DNA from: Pseudomonadota bacterium
GTDB lineage: Bacteria > Pseudomonadota > Alphaproteobacteria > MPNO01 > UBA2964
NCBI GenBank assembly: GCA_036336885.1
Contig: JAYZFG010000015.1
Span: 142,126 to 206,125 of the forward strand
Direction: 5' to 3'
Length of the DNA: 64,000 nt
The notes under the pieces are model-generated. The model had not been told where the DNA came from, did not search any database, and was given only the letters and a program-made list of their open reading frames with translations. This document shows positions 36,779 through 45,993 of this stretch, piece after piece; the stretch's first letter is position 1, and every line of letters begins with the position of its first letter. Both the position numbers and the translations under genes were made by a program.

Positions 36779-38107
36779 ATGCCAGATTCCTTGCAAAGAA
36801 CCACCAACGATTTAAATCCATACTGGATGCCTTTCACCGCCAATCGGCAATTCAAGGCATCCCCTCGCATGTTAGTCAGCGCCAAAGGTATGTATTACAA
36901 CACAGGTGATGGGCGAAAGGTCTTAGATGGGGCTGCTGGCATGTGGTGCGTCAATGCAGGTCATGGGGCTGAAACTATCACCGCCGCCATTCGCGAACAG
37001 GCAGGTCAAATGGACTACGCAACCGCTTTTCAAATGGGTCATCCATTGGCGTTTGAATTAGCGAGCCGTTTGACCGCTATTTTGCCACAAAATTTAGAAC
37101 ATGTGTTTTTTGCAAATTCCGGATCCGAAGCCGTCGACACTGCCCTAAAAATTGCTCTCGCTTATCACCGCGCGCGCGGTGAGGGGAGCCGTACCCGATT
37201 TATTGGACGAGAACGCGGGTATCACGGTGTAGGGTTTGGAGGCACTGCAGTTGGCGGGATCGTCAACAACAGAAAACAATTTGGCAACATGTTAGGCGGC
37301 ATCGATCATTTGCCACATACTCATAATCTCGAAAAAAATGCTTTTAGTCGGGGTCAACCTCAATGGGGGGCGGAACTTGCTGAAGATCTGGAAAGGATTA
37401 TAGACCTCCACGATGCCTCTAATATTGCTGCTGTCATAGTAGAACCAATGGCAGGGTCCACTGGAGTCCTTGTGCCGCCTGTAAATTATCTCGACCGCTT
37501 GCGCACCATCTGTGATCGACATGGTATTTTGTTAATTTTTGATGAAGTTATTACGGGGTTTGGCCGCACAGGCGCCTCATTTGGGGCAGAGAGGTTCTCG
37601 GTTCAACCTGACCTTATGACCATGGCTAAGGGCTTAACCAATGGCGCTGTTCCCATGTCGGCAATAGCCACGACAGCCTCGATTTATAATACCATGATGG
37701 ACGGCCCGTCAGACATAATTGAGCTTTTTCACGGTTATACTTACTCAGGACACCCTCTGGCATGTGCCGCAGCAATAGCGACACTTGATGTTTATAAAAA
37801 TGAAGGATTGTTTAAACGTGCTACAGAACTAGCGCCCTATTGGGAAGAGGCCATACACTCACTCAAGAATGCAAAAAATGTCATTGATATCCGCAACATC
37901 GGCCTCGTTGCCGGGGTAGAACTGGCTCCACCCGACAATGATGCCAATCCACGCAGCTATAATTGTTTTATAGGTTGTTTTGAGGAAGGCCTACTCTTGC
38001 GCCAGACAGGAAATACCATGGCCTTGGCTCCCCCATTAATAATCAAAGAAAAAGAAATCGACCGTATTATCGATATCCTCGAAAAAGTTATCAACAATCT
38101 GGACTAA
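36779..38107 (+). CDS. Class III (omega) aminotransferase, beta-alanine/omega-amino acid:pyruvate type
   Basis: 442 aa. N-terminal YWMPFTANRQFK, …FDEVITGFGRTG… and the PLP-lysine context LMTMAKGLTNG. Confidence 0.82.
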   Translation: MPDSLQRTTNDLNPYWMPFTANRQFKASPRMLVSAKGMYYNTGDGRKVLDGAAGMWCVNAGHGAETITAAIREQAGQMDYATAFQMGHPLAFELASRLTAILPQNLEHVFFANSGSEAVDTALKIALAYHRARGEGSRTRFIGRERGYHGVGFGGTAVGGIVNNRKQFGNMLGGIDHLPHTHNLEKNAFSRGQPQWGAELAEDLERIIDLHDASNIAAVIVEPMAGSTGVLVPPVNYLDRLRTICDRHGILLIFDEVITGFGRTGASFGAERFSVQPDLMTMAKGLTNGAVPMSAIATTASIYNTMMDGPSDIIELFHGYTYSGHPLACAAAIATLDVYKNEGLFKRATELAPYWEEAIHSLKNAKNVIDIRNIGLVAGVELAPPDNDANPRSYNCFIGCFEEGLLLRQTGNTMALAPPLIIKEKEIDRIIDILEKVINNLD

Positions 38108-38145
38108 TTAGATTAAAGCACGGAAAATTCGGAGGAAAGACCATC

Positions 38146-39807
38146 ATGAGCTTAGCCGCACTGAGCCCGGATTTAATCTTGACCAACGGAACAATTCTTA
38201 CGACGGACCAAAATAATACTCAGGCTGAAGCGGTTGCGGTTTGGAATGGTCGAATTGGCGCCGTGGGTTCAAAGCGTGATGTAGATTCACTTGCTGACAG
38301 TCGAACCCAAATGATAGATCTGAAAGGTCGTTGTGTTCTCCCTGGCCTTACCGACCCACACGTCCATTTTGCAGATGGGGGAGCGTCGATGATGCACCGA
38401 CTGGATTGCCGTGATTTTTATTCTAATGTGCGATCCATTCCACAAATTGTTGAAAAAATTTCAGAGCAGGCCAAATCCCAAGCACCCGGAACCTGGGTCA
38501 TCGCCCATGGCAGCCCAATGCAGGATTTCAGAATGCCAGAAGGCCGGTTTCCAAATCGGCATGAACTTGATGCAGCAGCACCCAATAATCCTGTTTCCAT
38601 TAATTTTGGGGCTCATATAACAATCGCAAACTCAAAAGCACTTGAACTTGCAAACATAAATAAAAGTACCGAAGCGCCAGCCGGCGGTGCGATCGAACTC
38701 GATGAAAGTGGTGAACTTACGGGAAAACTTGTAGAACGTGCTCAATATATAGTGCGATCAGTCATCCCGGAATATAGTTACGATCAAATGAAGAAGGGTA
38801 TTCTTTTTGCTTCCGACCGGTGTCTTGCTCGCGGCATCACTAACATACATGACATTGTCACAAATCATGAATCCATCCGAGCCTATCAAGAACTCGCACA
38901 ATCAGGAGAGTTACCCATCAGGGTAAGTTTGCTTATTCGTGTTATCGAAGCCGCTATCCAAAAAGAAAGCTTACTGAATCTCGGTATCAAAACAGGCTTT
39001 GGAGATGACTGGTTGCGTATTGGTGGGGTCAAAATGTCTATCGATGGGGGTATTACAGGCCATGTTGCTAAATTTTATGAACCCTACGTGGACGACCCCT
39101 GTCACGAAGGACTAATCAGGATCGAACAGGATGAGTTGGATGAAACGGTAAATGCTTACCACAAAGCGGGCCATCGTATCTGTATTCACGCAATCGGTGA
39201 CGTTGCAATGGATATGGCGCTGCGGTCATTGGACAATGTATTAAAAAATGACCCACGTGCAGATCACCGCCATCGCATAGAACATCTCGGCAACTGGTTG
39301 GTGAACGACGAACGCCTGGAAATAATCAAGCGTAATGGGATTTTGCCCGTACCAAATATTCCATTCATGCATTATATTTGGGAATCATTACTTGCATGTA
39401 TCGGCGAAGAGCGTTTAGAGGAAAGCTTTAATATCCGAACGATGCTTGACGCCGGCCTTCAGATTACTTCGGGGTCGGATGGTCCGGCCTATTGGCCCTT
39501 GGATTCCCTTCGAGATCTGGGGACAGCGGTCTCCCGACAAACTTGGACGGGGAAAACCATTGGTATTGATCAGGCTATCACGGTCAATGACGCAATTCGA
39601 ATGTTTACGATCAACGCTGCATATAATGCTTTTGAAGAAAAAATTAAGGGGTCCATTGAAATAGGTAAAATTGCAGATTTTGCAATTTTGGCGAAAAATC
39701 CACACGAGGTAGAGCCTACTAAAATAAAGGATATTCCTGTAGATATGACTGTTGTCGATGGGCAATTGGTATACTTTCGCGAAGGAGCGGATGGCCTCGG
39801 CGTCTAA
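38146..39807 (+). CDS. Amidohydrolase_3-type metal-dependent hydrolase
   Basis: 553 aa. …LPGLTDPHVHF… metal-binding HxH and a C-terminal …GKIADFAIL… motif typical of this TIM-barrel amidohydrolase family. Confidence 0.75.
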   Translation: MSLAALSPDLILTNGTILTTDQNNTQAEAVAVWNGRIGAVGSKRDVDSLADSRTQMIDLKGRCVLPGLTDPHVHFADGGASMMHRLDCRDFYSNVRSIPQIVEKISEQAKSQAPGTWVIAHGSPMQDFRMPEGRFPNRHELDAAAPNNPVSINFGAHITIANSKALELANINKSTEAPAGGAIELDESGELTGKLVERAQYIVRSVIPEYSYDQMKKGILFASDRCLARGITNIHDIVTNHESIRAYQELAQSGELPIRVSLLIRVIEAAIQKESLLNLGIKTGFGDDWLRIGGVKMSIDGGITGHVAKFYEPYVDDPCHEGLIRIEQDELDETVNAYHKAGHRICIHAIGDVAMDMALRSLDNVLKNDPRADHRHRIEHLGNWLVNDERLEIIKRNGILPVPNIPFMHYIWESLLACIGEERLEESFNIRTMLDAGLQITSGSDGPAYWPLDSLRDLGTAVSRQTWTGKTIGIDQAITVNDAIRMFTINAAYNAFEEKIKGSIEIGKIADFAILAKNPHEVEPTKIKDIPVDMTVVDGQLVYFREGADGLGV

Positions 39808-39904
39808 ATCACTTTGATTGAGGAAGTTCAACGGATCATTTATTAAAGTGGTAATAGAGACTTTCGATTTCTTTTGTTCAAGGAAATATTGAAAACAATT
39901 TGTC

Positions 39905-41170
39905 ATGAGAACTATCCCGCAAAAGGACGCAAGAAATCGTTTAGCAGCCTTTATCAATGAGGACCGTCTTTGGTCTCGGCACCTAAAAATGGCCGAGTTT
40001 GGTTCAATTCCAAAAAATGGCGTAAATCGCCAAGCGCTATCTAATGCTGATATCGCCGCTCGCGAAACGTTAATCAGCTGGGCTAAACCGCATGGGTTCG
40101 GCGTCACTCAAGATAAAATTGGAAATCTCTTTATCCGACGATTTGGGAAAGACGCAAAGGCCAGCCCTGTAATGACAGGCAGTCATATGGATAGTCAGCC
40201 CTGCGGAGGCCGCTTTGACGGAATTTATGGTGTTTTAGCGGGCTTGGAAGCGCTAGAAGCACTTGAGGGTGCCGGAATAAGAACGTCGAGACCGATTGAC
40301 GTTGTGGCCTGGACCAATGAGGAAGGAAGTCGATTTGATCCGGGTTGTATGGGCTCAATGGTATATACAGGTGTCGCCGAAGTTGCGGATTTTGAATCCA
40401 CTAAAGATGCAGAGGGGATCTTATTTTCGGATGCCCTTGCAAAAACGTTAAAGGCCACATCAGTTGATGGCGAACGCCCGCTTACCGAGCCTGTAAGCGC
40501 TTATATCGAAACGCATATTGAACAAGGGCCCATCCTTGAAAACACAGGGAATATTATTGGGGCCGTAAACGGGATCCAGGGGTCTCGCCGGTTTAGCATA
40601 GAAATCACTGGTGAGTCTGCCCATGCCGGCACTACTCCAATAGCATTGAGACGTGATGCTCTTCAATCTGCCTTGCGCTGTTTGACATCATTAAACAAGG
40701 TTATGAAGGATCCAGACGACATACTCAGGTATACAGTGGGTAAATTGGTAATTACACCCAATTCGCCAAATGCCGTAGCCAGCAGTGCAAAATTTTCAAT
40801 TGATCTTAGGCATCCAAACGAAAGTGTTTTGCAGGAAAAGTGTGAACAAATTAGTGAGATCTGCAATAAAGCGGCACCACCTTGTGACGCTAAAGTGTCA
40901 CAGACCTTTGATAAGAAACCTACAACATTTACACCCGAAATTGTGGCCGCAATTGAGCAAATAGCAAGTGACTTAGGTTACCCAAACACTATACTACCTT
41001 CTGGCGCATTTCATGACGCTGGTATAATGGCCTCATACTGTCCCTCAGCCATGATCTTTGTGCCCTGTGCCGGTGGTATTAGTCACAATGAAGCAGAATA
41101 TGCCTCAGCGTCAGATTTAGCGGCCGGCGCCAAAGTACTCGCTGCGTGTCTCTCTGGTTTAGCAGAGTAA
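39905..41170 (+). CDS. M20-family amidohydrolase of the allantoate amidohydrolase / N-carbamoyl-amino-acid hydrolase group
   Basis: 421 aa. …MTGSHMDSQPCGGRFDGIYGVLAGLEALEAL… and …WTNEEGSRF… are hallmark motifs of AllC/carbamoylase enzymes. It lies directly upstream of the oxalurate-branch genes. Confidence 0.75.
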   Translation: MRTIPQKDARNRLAAFINEDRLWSRHLKMAEFGSIPKNGVNRQALSNADIAARETLISWAKPHGFGVTQDKIGNLFIRRFGKDAKASPVMTGSHMDSQPCGGRFDGIYGVLAGLEALEALEGAGIRTSRPIDVVAWTNEEGSRFDPGCMGSMVYTGVAEVADFESTKDAEGILFSDALAKTLKATSVDGERPLTEPVSAYIETHIEQGPILENTGNIIGAVNGIQGSRRFSIEITGESAHAGTTPIALRRDALQSALRCLTSLNKVMKDPDDILRYTVGKLVITPNSPNAVASSAKFSIDLRHPNESVLQEKCEQISEICNKAAPPCDAKVSQTFDKKPTTFTPEIVAAIEQIASDLGYPNTILPSGAFHDAGIMASYCPSAMIFVPCAGGISHNEAEYASASDLAAGAKVLAACLSGLAE

Positions 41171-41188
41171 GAATTTAACGGGGGAAAT

Positions 41189-41377
41189 ATGACATCCAGA
41201 ATAGAAAACGGCAAAAAACATTTATTGGGGGACCCAATAGTTGTCTTAAATATTGGATTGGAAAACTTTTCGCATGAACTTGCAGAATGCGATACTCCTG
41301 TAATCCAATTAGATTGGAAACCATCAGCGGGAGGCAATCCAGAGCTCGCTAATTTGCTATCCAAGTTGGGTATCTAA
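41189..41377 (+). CDS. Small conserved-looking ORF (62 aa) preceding the DUF1116 gene
   Basis: GGGGGA SD lies 4 nt upstream of the ATG. It is tightly packed between neighbours (18 nt and 17 nt gaps) on the same strand. No family recognised. Confidence 0.45.
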   Translation: MTSRIENGKKHLLGDPIVVLNIGLENFSHELAECDTPVIQLDWKPSAGGNPELANLLSKLGI

Positions 41378-41394
41378 ATCAAGGCTAAAACCGA

Positions 41395-42645
41395 ATGGAA
41401 CTCATCGAACAAGCAAACCAAGAAGCAATTAAACGTATTTTGAGTGCTGATCCAGTTCTCGTTGACGTTGTATATGCGAAAGACATAGTCCCAAACTTAA
41501 CTGATAAAATGATCCTTCACGCTGGACCACCCATCAGCTGGGATCGCATGTGTGGTCCCATGCAGGGTGCTATAGCGGGAATTACCGTATTCGAAGGCTG
41601 GGCCAAGAACCTAAAAGAGGCGGCCAAATTAGCCGCTGAAGGTGTAATTACATTCGATCCCAACCATCACCATGACGCGGTGGGTCCTATGACAGGGATT
41701 ACCACAATCAGCCAGCCTATGCTCGTTGTTGAAAACCGTACATTTGGTAATAGAGCTTATTGTGCGATTAATGAAGGTTTGGGGAAGGTAATGCGGTTTG
41801 GGGGCAATGATGCAGAAGTACTCCAGAGACTTTCATGGATACGTGATATCCTTGGACCTTCGATGGGCAAAGCATTAAGGGAAATGGGTGGCTTGGAACT
41901 CAAGCCTCTCATTGCGCGAGGCCTGTCGATGGGCGATGAAATGCATCAACGGAATGTAGCATGTTCAGGGTTGATACTTCGTGCCATTGCAGGAGTAATG
42001 GCCAAAACGGCCGATGATATTAAATCACTGTCTGACTCTCTCGACTTTATAAGTTCTAACGATCAGTTTCACCTCAATATCGCCATGGCGATGGGTAAGT
42101 CCATGATGGATCCAGTTTATGACATTGAAGGATCTTCCGTTGTTACTGCCATGGCACGTAATGGTACTGACTTTGGTATTCGCGTTAGTGGCACGGGGAA
42201 TGAATGGTTTACCGCCCCCGTAGAGATGCCGGAAGGCCTTTATTTTGCTGGATTTACCGAGGCGGATGCAAATCCCGATATGGGGGATTCCACAATAATC
42301 GAGACAATCGGGCTTGGTGGCTTCGCAATGGGTGCTGCGCCTGCAGTCGCGGGCTTTGTCGGCGCGGGCGCCGCATCCGAAGCCGAAGATTATACGCGGC
42401 TTATGGGAGAAATTTGTGTCGACGAAAACCCTGAGTGGACGATACCTGGCTTAAACTATCTCGGGGTCCCAACTGGTATTGATATTCGTCTTGTGGTGGA
42501 TACGGGTATCTCTCCGACCATTAACACGGGCATAGCCCACAAGGAACCAGGTGTTGGGCAAGTAGGTGCAGGTATAGTGCGCGCACCATTGACCTGTTTC
42601 GAGAATGCTCTTCGTCGTCTTGCTGAAAACCTGGGTATTTCATAA
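41395..42645 (+). CDS. DUF1116 protein, YlbE/AllG-like (proposed oxamate carbamoyltransferase subunit)
   Basis: 416 aa. …ILHAGPPISWDRMCGPMQGAIAGITVFEGWA… is present. It sits with FdrA-, carbamate kinase- and DUF2877-type genes, as in the E. coli fdrA-ylbE-ylbF-ybcF group. Confidence 0.75.
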   Translation: MELIEQANQEAIKRILSADPVLVDVVYAKDIVPNLTDKMILHAGPPISWDRMCGPMQGAIAGITVFEGWAKNLKEAAKLAAEGVITFDPNHHHDAVGPMTGITTISQPMLVVENRTFGNRAYCAINEGLGKVMRFGGNDAEVLQRLSWIRDILGPSMGKALREMGGLELKPLIARGLSMGDEMHQRNVACSGLILRAIAGVMAKTADDIKSLSDSLDFISSNDQFHLNIAMAMGKSMMDPVYDIEGSSVVTAMARNGTDFGIRVSGTGNEWFTAPVEMPEGLYFAGFTEADANPDMGDSTIIETIGLGGFAMGAAPAVAGFVGAGAASEAEDYTRLMGEICVDENPEWTIPGLNYLGVPTGIDIRLVVDTGISPTINTGIAHKEPGVGQVGAGIVRAPLTCFENALRRLAENLGIS

Positions 42646-44135
42646 TGGCCTACACACTCAATAAGGTCTATCAGGGGTTTTACCAAGATTCCGTGGCTCT
42701 AATGCGCTTATCGCGAGAACTGAAAGAGAGAGTGGGTGTGAAGGAGGCTGCTTTAATGATGGGCTCCCCTTCAAACAAACAAATTCTCGAAGATGCTGGT
42801 CTGCTGACAGATACTGGAAAAGCAGCAGCAGGAGGTGACCTCATCCTCTCAATCCAGGCAACTGACGTGGATACCGCAAATGCAGTTCTAACTGTCGCCG
42901 AATTAAAAATTAAGGGGAAAGACAACTTTAGCACCGCTGAAAGGGACTGGCGGCCGAAATCTATTCGTGCAGCAGTCAGAGCCGAACCCAGCGCTAATTT
43001 TGCACTTATATCGGTGCCAGGGGAATTTGCAGCGGCTGAAGCTCGTAAAGCTCTCATGCACGACCTAAACGTAATGATGTTTAGTGACAATGTTCCGTTG
43101 GAGGAAGAGGTTCAGCTAAAACAATTGGCAGGAAAAAAAGATCTTTTAATGATGGGGCCAGACTGTGGCACTGCGATACTTGATGGGATCCCCATCGCCT
43201 TTGCTAATAAAGTTAAAAATGGCGATATTGGTGTCATAGGGGCTTCGGGTACAGGCATACAAGAAGTAACGTCTCTTATCTCCAATCATGGGGGAGGTAT
43301 CTCGCAGGCCATCGGTGTAGGAGGCAGAGACCTAAGTGACGAGATTGGAGGTCTCACAACACTTGCTGCTATCGACCGGCTGGATAACGACGAAGGAACA
43401 AAACAAGTCATTCTAATTTCCAAACCCCCGGGGGAAAGGGTTCTTACCTCGGTTTTGGATCGTATTGGACAGTCAAAGAAACCTTTTACTGTGTGTTTTA
43501 TCGGAGCAACTGGTCTTCAACTCCCTCCTAATGCCACCGCCGTGCGCACCTTAGAAGAAACAGCACAAACCGCACTGGGTGGAATTAAATTTTATCATTC
43601 TGAAAGAATTGATCTAAAAGTTTGCAAAGGTCGAACCCAAATTAGAGGACTTTTTTCTGGCGGCACCTTAGCGGCCGAATCCCAGCTAATTTTACTTGAT
43701 GCAGGGCAAGCAGTGTCATCAAATGCCAAAGTTCCGGGAGCGCAAGATATATCGGAAGCTAAAAATATTCATAAAATTATTGACTTAGGTGACGACCAAT
43801 ACACTCAGGGTCGCCCGCATCCAATGATTGATCCAGAAGTCCGGAGTGAATTATTACTGCAAGCACATCAAGACAGTAATGTTGGAGTTATTTTAGTCGA
43901 TGTAGTAATTGGATTTGGTGCCCACTCGGACCCCGCGGGCAACCTAGTTAATATGCTGACAGAAATTTCTGTTGATACTTCGCCAATTATCGTCGCTTCA
44001 GTTACAGGTACAGAAGAGGACCCTCAAATCAGATCAAAGCAAGTCAAAACACTGAAGTCCGTTGGAGTCGTTGTTGCCGAATCAAATGCAGAGGCCACTC
44101 GAATAGCACTAAAACTACTGGGTATAAATAGCTAA
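42645..44135 (+). CDS. FdrA/AllF-like protein (succinyl-CoA synthetase alpha-like fold)
   Basis: 496 aa. The N-terminus …VYQGFYQDSVALMRLSRELKERVGVKEAALMMGSPSNKQILEDAGLL parallels E. coli FdrA (…KKGCFQDSVSLMIISRKL…VMMGTPANKALL…). The start overlaps the upstream stop (TAATG). Confidence 0.8.
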   Translation: MAYTLNKVYQGFYQDSVALMRLSRELKERVGVKEAALMMGSPSNKQILEDAGLLTDTGKAAAGGDLILSIQATDVDTANAVLTVAELKIKGKDNFSTAERDWRPKSIRAAVRAEPSANFALISVPGEFAAAEARKALMHDLNVMMFSDNVPLEEEVQLKQLAGKKDLLMMGPDCGTAILDGIPIAFANKVKNGDIGVIGASGTGIQEVTSLISNHGGGISQAIGVGGRDLSDEIGGLTTLAAIDRLDNDEGTKQVILISKPPGERVLTSVLDRIGQSKKPFTVCFIGATGLQLPPNATAVRTLEETAQTALGGIKFYHSERIDLKVCKGRTQIRGLFSGGTLAAESQLILLDAGQAVSSNAKVPGAQDISEAKNIHKIIDLGDDQYTQGRPHPMIDPEVRSELLLQAHQDSNVGVILVDVVIGFGAHSDPAGNLVNMLTEISVDTSPIIVASVTGTEEDPQIRSKQVKTLKSVGVVVAESNAEATRIALKLLGINS

Positions 44136-44147
44136 AAAGGAAACGGT

Positions 44148-45116
44148 GTGCCAAAAAGCGAAACCATTCCAGAAAAACTTCTCATCGCCATCGGCGGAAA
44201 TGCGACCCATCCCGAAGACATAGCGGGTACATCGGAGGAACAAAAAGACATAGCAGCAAACACTGCTCGGGTCTTACTTCCAATTACCCAATCGGTAAGA
44301 CAATTAATCATAACCCACGGTAACGGGCCTGTGGTTGGAAAGATTTTAATGCGCCAAGCCATGACGCGTGACCGCATAGCTCCGATGCCGCTTGATATTT
44401 GCGTTGCTCATAGTCAGGGAGGGATAGCATATCTTTTAATGCAGGCAATGGAGAACTCATTGCGAGAGGTGAATAATGACCGACACGTTGCATGTCTTCT
44501 TACCCAGGTTGAAGTCGATGAAGACGACCCGGCGTTTAGCAACCCGACTAAACCAGTTGGTCCATTCTTTAGTCAAAAGGATGCCCAAGCTGTTGAAGAA
44601 GAGCTAGGCTGGTTAATGGTTGAAGACGCAGGACGCGGATGGCGTCACGTGGTACCTTCACCTATTCCAAGGCATATTTGTGATATTTCTTTGGTTGAAG
44701 GCCTCGCCAAGCGGGGTACAATTGTCATTGCAGGAGGTGGCGGTGGAATTCCGGTAATTCGGGGTGCAAAAGGTGTGCGCCGAGGCGTTTCAGGCGTCGT
44801 TGACAAAGACCTTACATCCGCCTTAATGGCGAACGTTCTTAAGATTGATACGTTTACAATTTTGACTTCAACACCCAAAGTTGCGATAAATTTTGGGCGA
44901 CCTGACCAAGAATTTCTAGACCGCGTCACTTTAACAGAAATTAAGGCTTTAAATTCGGAGGGTCATTTTTTGCCCGGAAGCATGGGGCCCAAAATCGACG
45001 CAGCTATACAATTTCTTGAAGGCGGCGGAAAACACGTCGTAATAGCTGACTTAGAAGATGCGATGAGAGCTCTTAACGGGGAAACTGGTACCCATATATT
45101 CCATGAGAATACTTAA
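44148..45116 (+). CDS. arcC: Carbamate kinase
   Basis: 322 aa with a GTG start. LLIAIGGNA and ITHGNGPVVG motifs plus a C-terminal …AGGGGGIPV… region. Confidence 0.88.
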   Translation: MPKSETIPEKLLIAIGGNATHPEDIAGTSEEQKDIAANTARVLLPITQSVRQLIITHGNGPVVGKILMRQAMTRDRIAPMPLDICVAHSQGGIAYLLMQAMENSLREVNNDRHVACLLTQVEVDEDDPAFSNPTKPVGPFFSQKDAQAVEEELGWLMVEDAGRGWRHVVPSPIPRHICDISLVEGLAKRGTIVIAGGGGGIPVIRGAKGVRRGVSGVVDKDLTSALMANVLKIDTFTILTSTPKVAINFGRPDQEFLDRVTLTEIKALNSEGHFLPGSMGPKIDAAIQFLEGGGKHVVIADLEDAMRALNGETGTHIFHENT

Positions 45117-45993
45117 CGTCACTGAAATGGACGAATTTGAGCTTCGTGTTGCAGGAAAAATAGCTTTCGAAAACATTCAAACACCCTGCACCGGAAGGGT
45201 AGCTGCCCTGTTTAAACGTAGTATTTATGTTGCGATGGGAAATAATTGGATTTGTCTTGGAACGAATTCGTTACCACTAGGCCCACTGAATATACAGACT
45301 AATTTACCCCAAACGATGGACTGGCAGGCAAGTGGTGTTAAGGTTAATGACAAGGTACGAATTTCTATCAATAAAATGTTAATAAGTGATTTGTTAACAT
45401 TCTCAAGTCACAATCTTAAAGTTTGGGTCCCAGAAAGGCGACCACCTCTGCACCCATCGACCTTAACAGCTGGATTAGAAACTTTGGTAACTGTCGCACA
45501 GGAGTTTTTTCCAATAAACGGGCTTGTCCATTTCGTTATAAAATCTAATGAAAAGCCGACAGCATTAAACATTGCTGAACCAGCAATAACTGATTTATTG
45601 GATATATTTACGCTTAAGAACTTAAATCGACCTGTAGACAGGTTAATTGGGCTTGGTCCAGGCTTAACACCATCTGGAGATGATTTCCTTATTGGAATGT
45701 TAATTACCCTTGATTTATTGGGTGAAAAAAAATTGTTAAATTTATTAGTACAAGAAATAAATAAGGTAGCGTCAAAAACCAATGAAATTAGCCAAATTCA
45801 CCTTAAAGCTGCCGCACGAGGAATAGGAGCGGCGGCACTCCATGCAACCATTAATAACATTACAACCAATAACAAAGGTGAACTTCATGATTCCCTAAAA
45901 AAATTAGACGCTATAGGTCATTGTTCGGGCTGGGATGCCCTCACCGGAGCTATTGTTGCATTCCGGGCTTGGTTAAATAATATTCCTAAATAG
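45103..45993 (+). CDS. DUF2877 protein, YlbF/AllH-like
   Basis: 296 aa. The assignment rests mainly on size and its position after carbamate kinase in an FdrA/DUF1116 cluster. …GLGPGLTPSGDDFLIGML… is the motif I associate with this family. Confidence 0.6.
   Translation: MRILNVTEMDEFELRVAGKIAFENIQTPCTGRVAALFKRSIYVAMGNNWICLGTNSLPLGPLNIQTNLPQTMDWQASGVKVNDKVRISINKMLISDLLTFSSHNLKVWVPERRPPLHPSTLTAGLETLVTVAQEFFPINGLVHFVIKSNEKPTALNIAEPAITDLLDIFTLKNLNRPVDRLIGLGPGLTPSGDDFLIGMLITLDLLGEKKLLNLLVQEINKVASKTNEISQIHLKAAARGIGAAALHATINNITTNNKGELHDSLKKLDAIGHCSGWDALTGAIVAFRAWLNNIPK

Noticed and set aside
39415-40107. 230-aa minus-strand ORF bridging the amidohydrolase_3 and AllC-like genes
   Set aside because: It overlaps the 3' end of one confident plus-strand gene and the 5' end of another. 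Its composition is unlike neighbouring proteins and it has no recognisable domain, so it is most likely a chance open frame.
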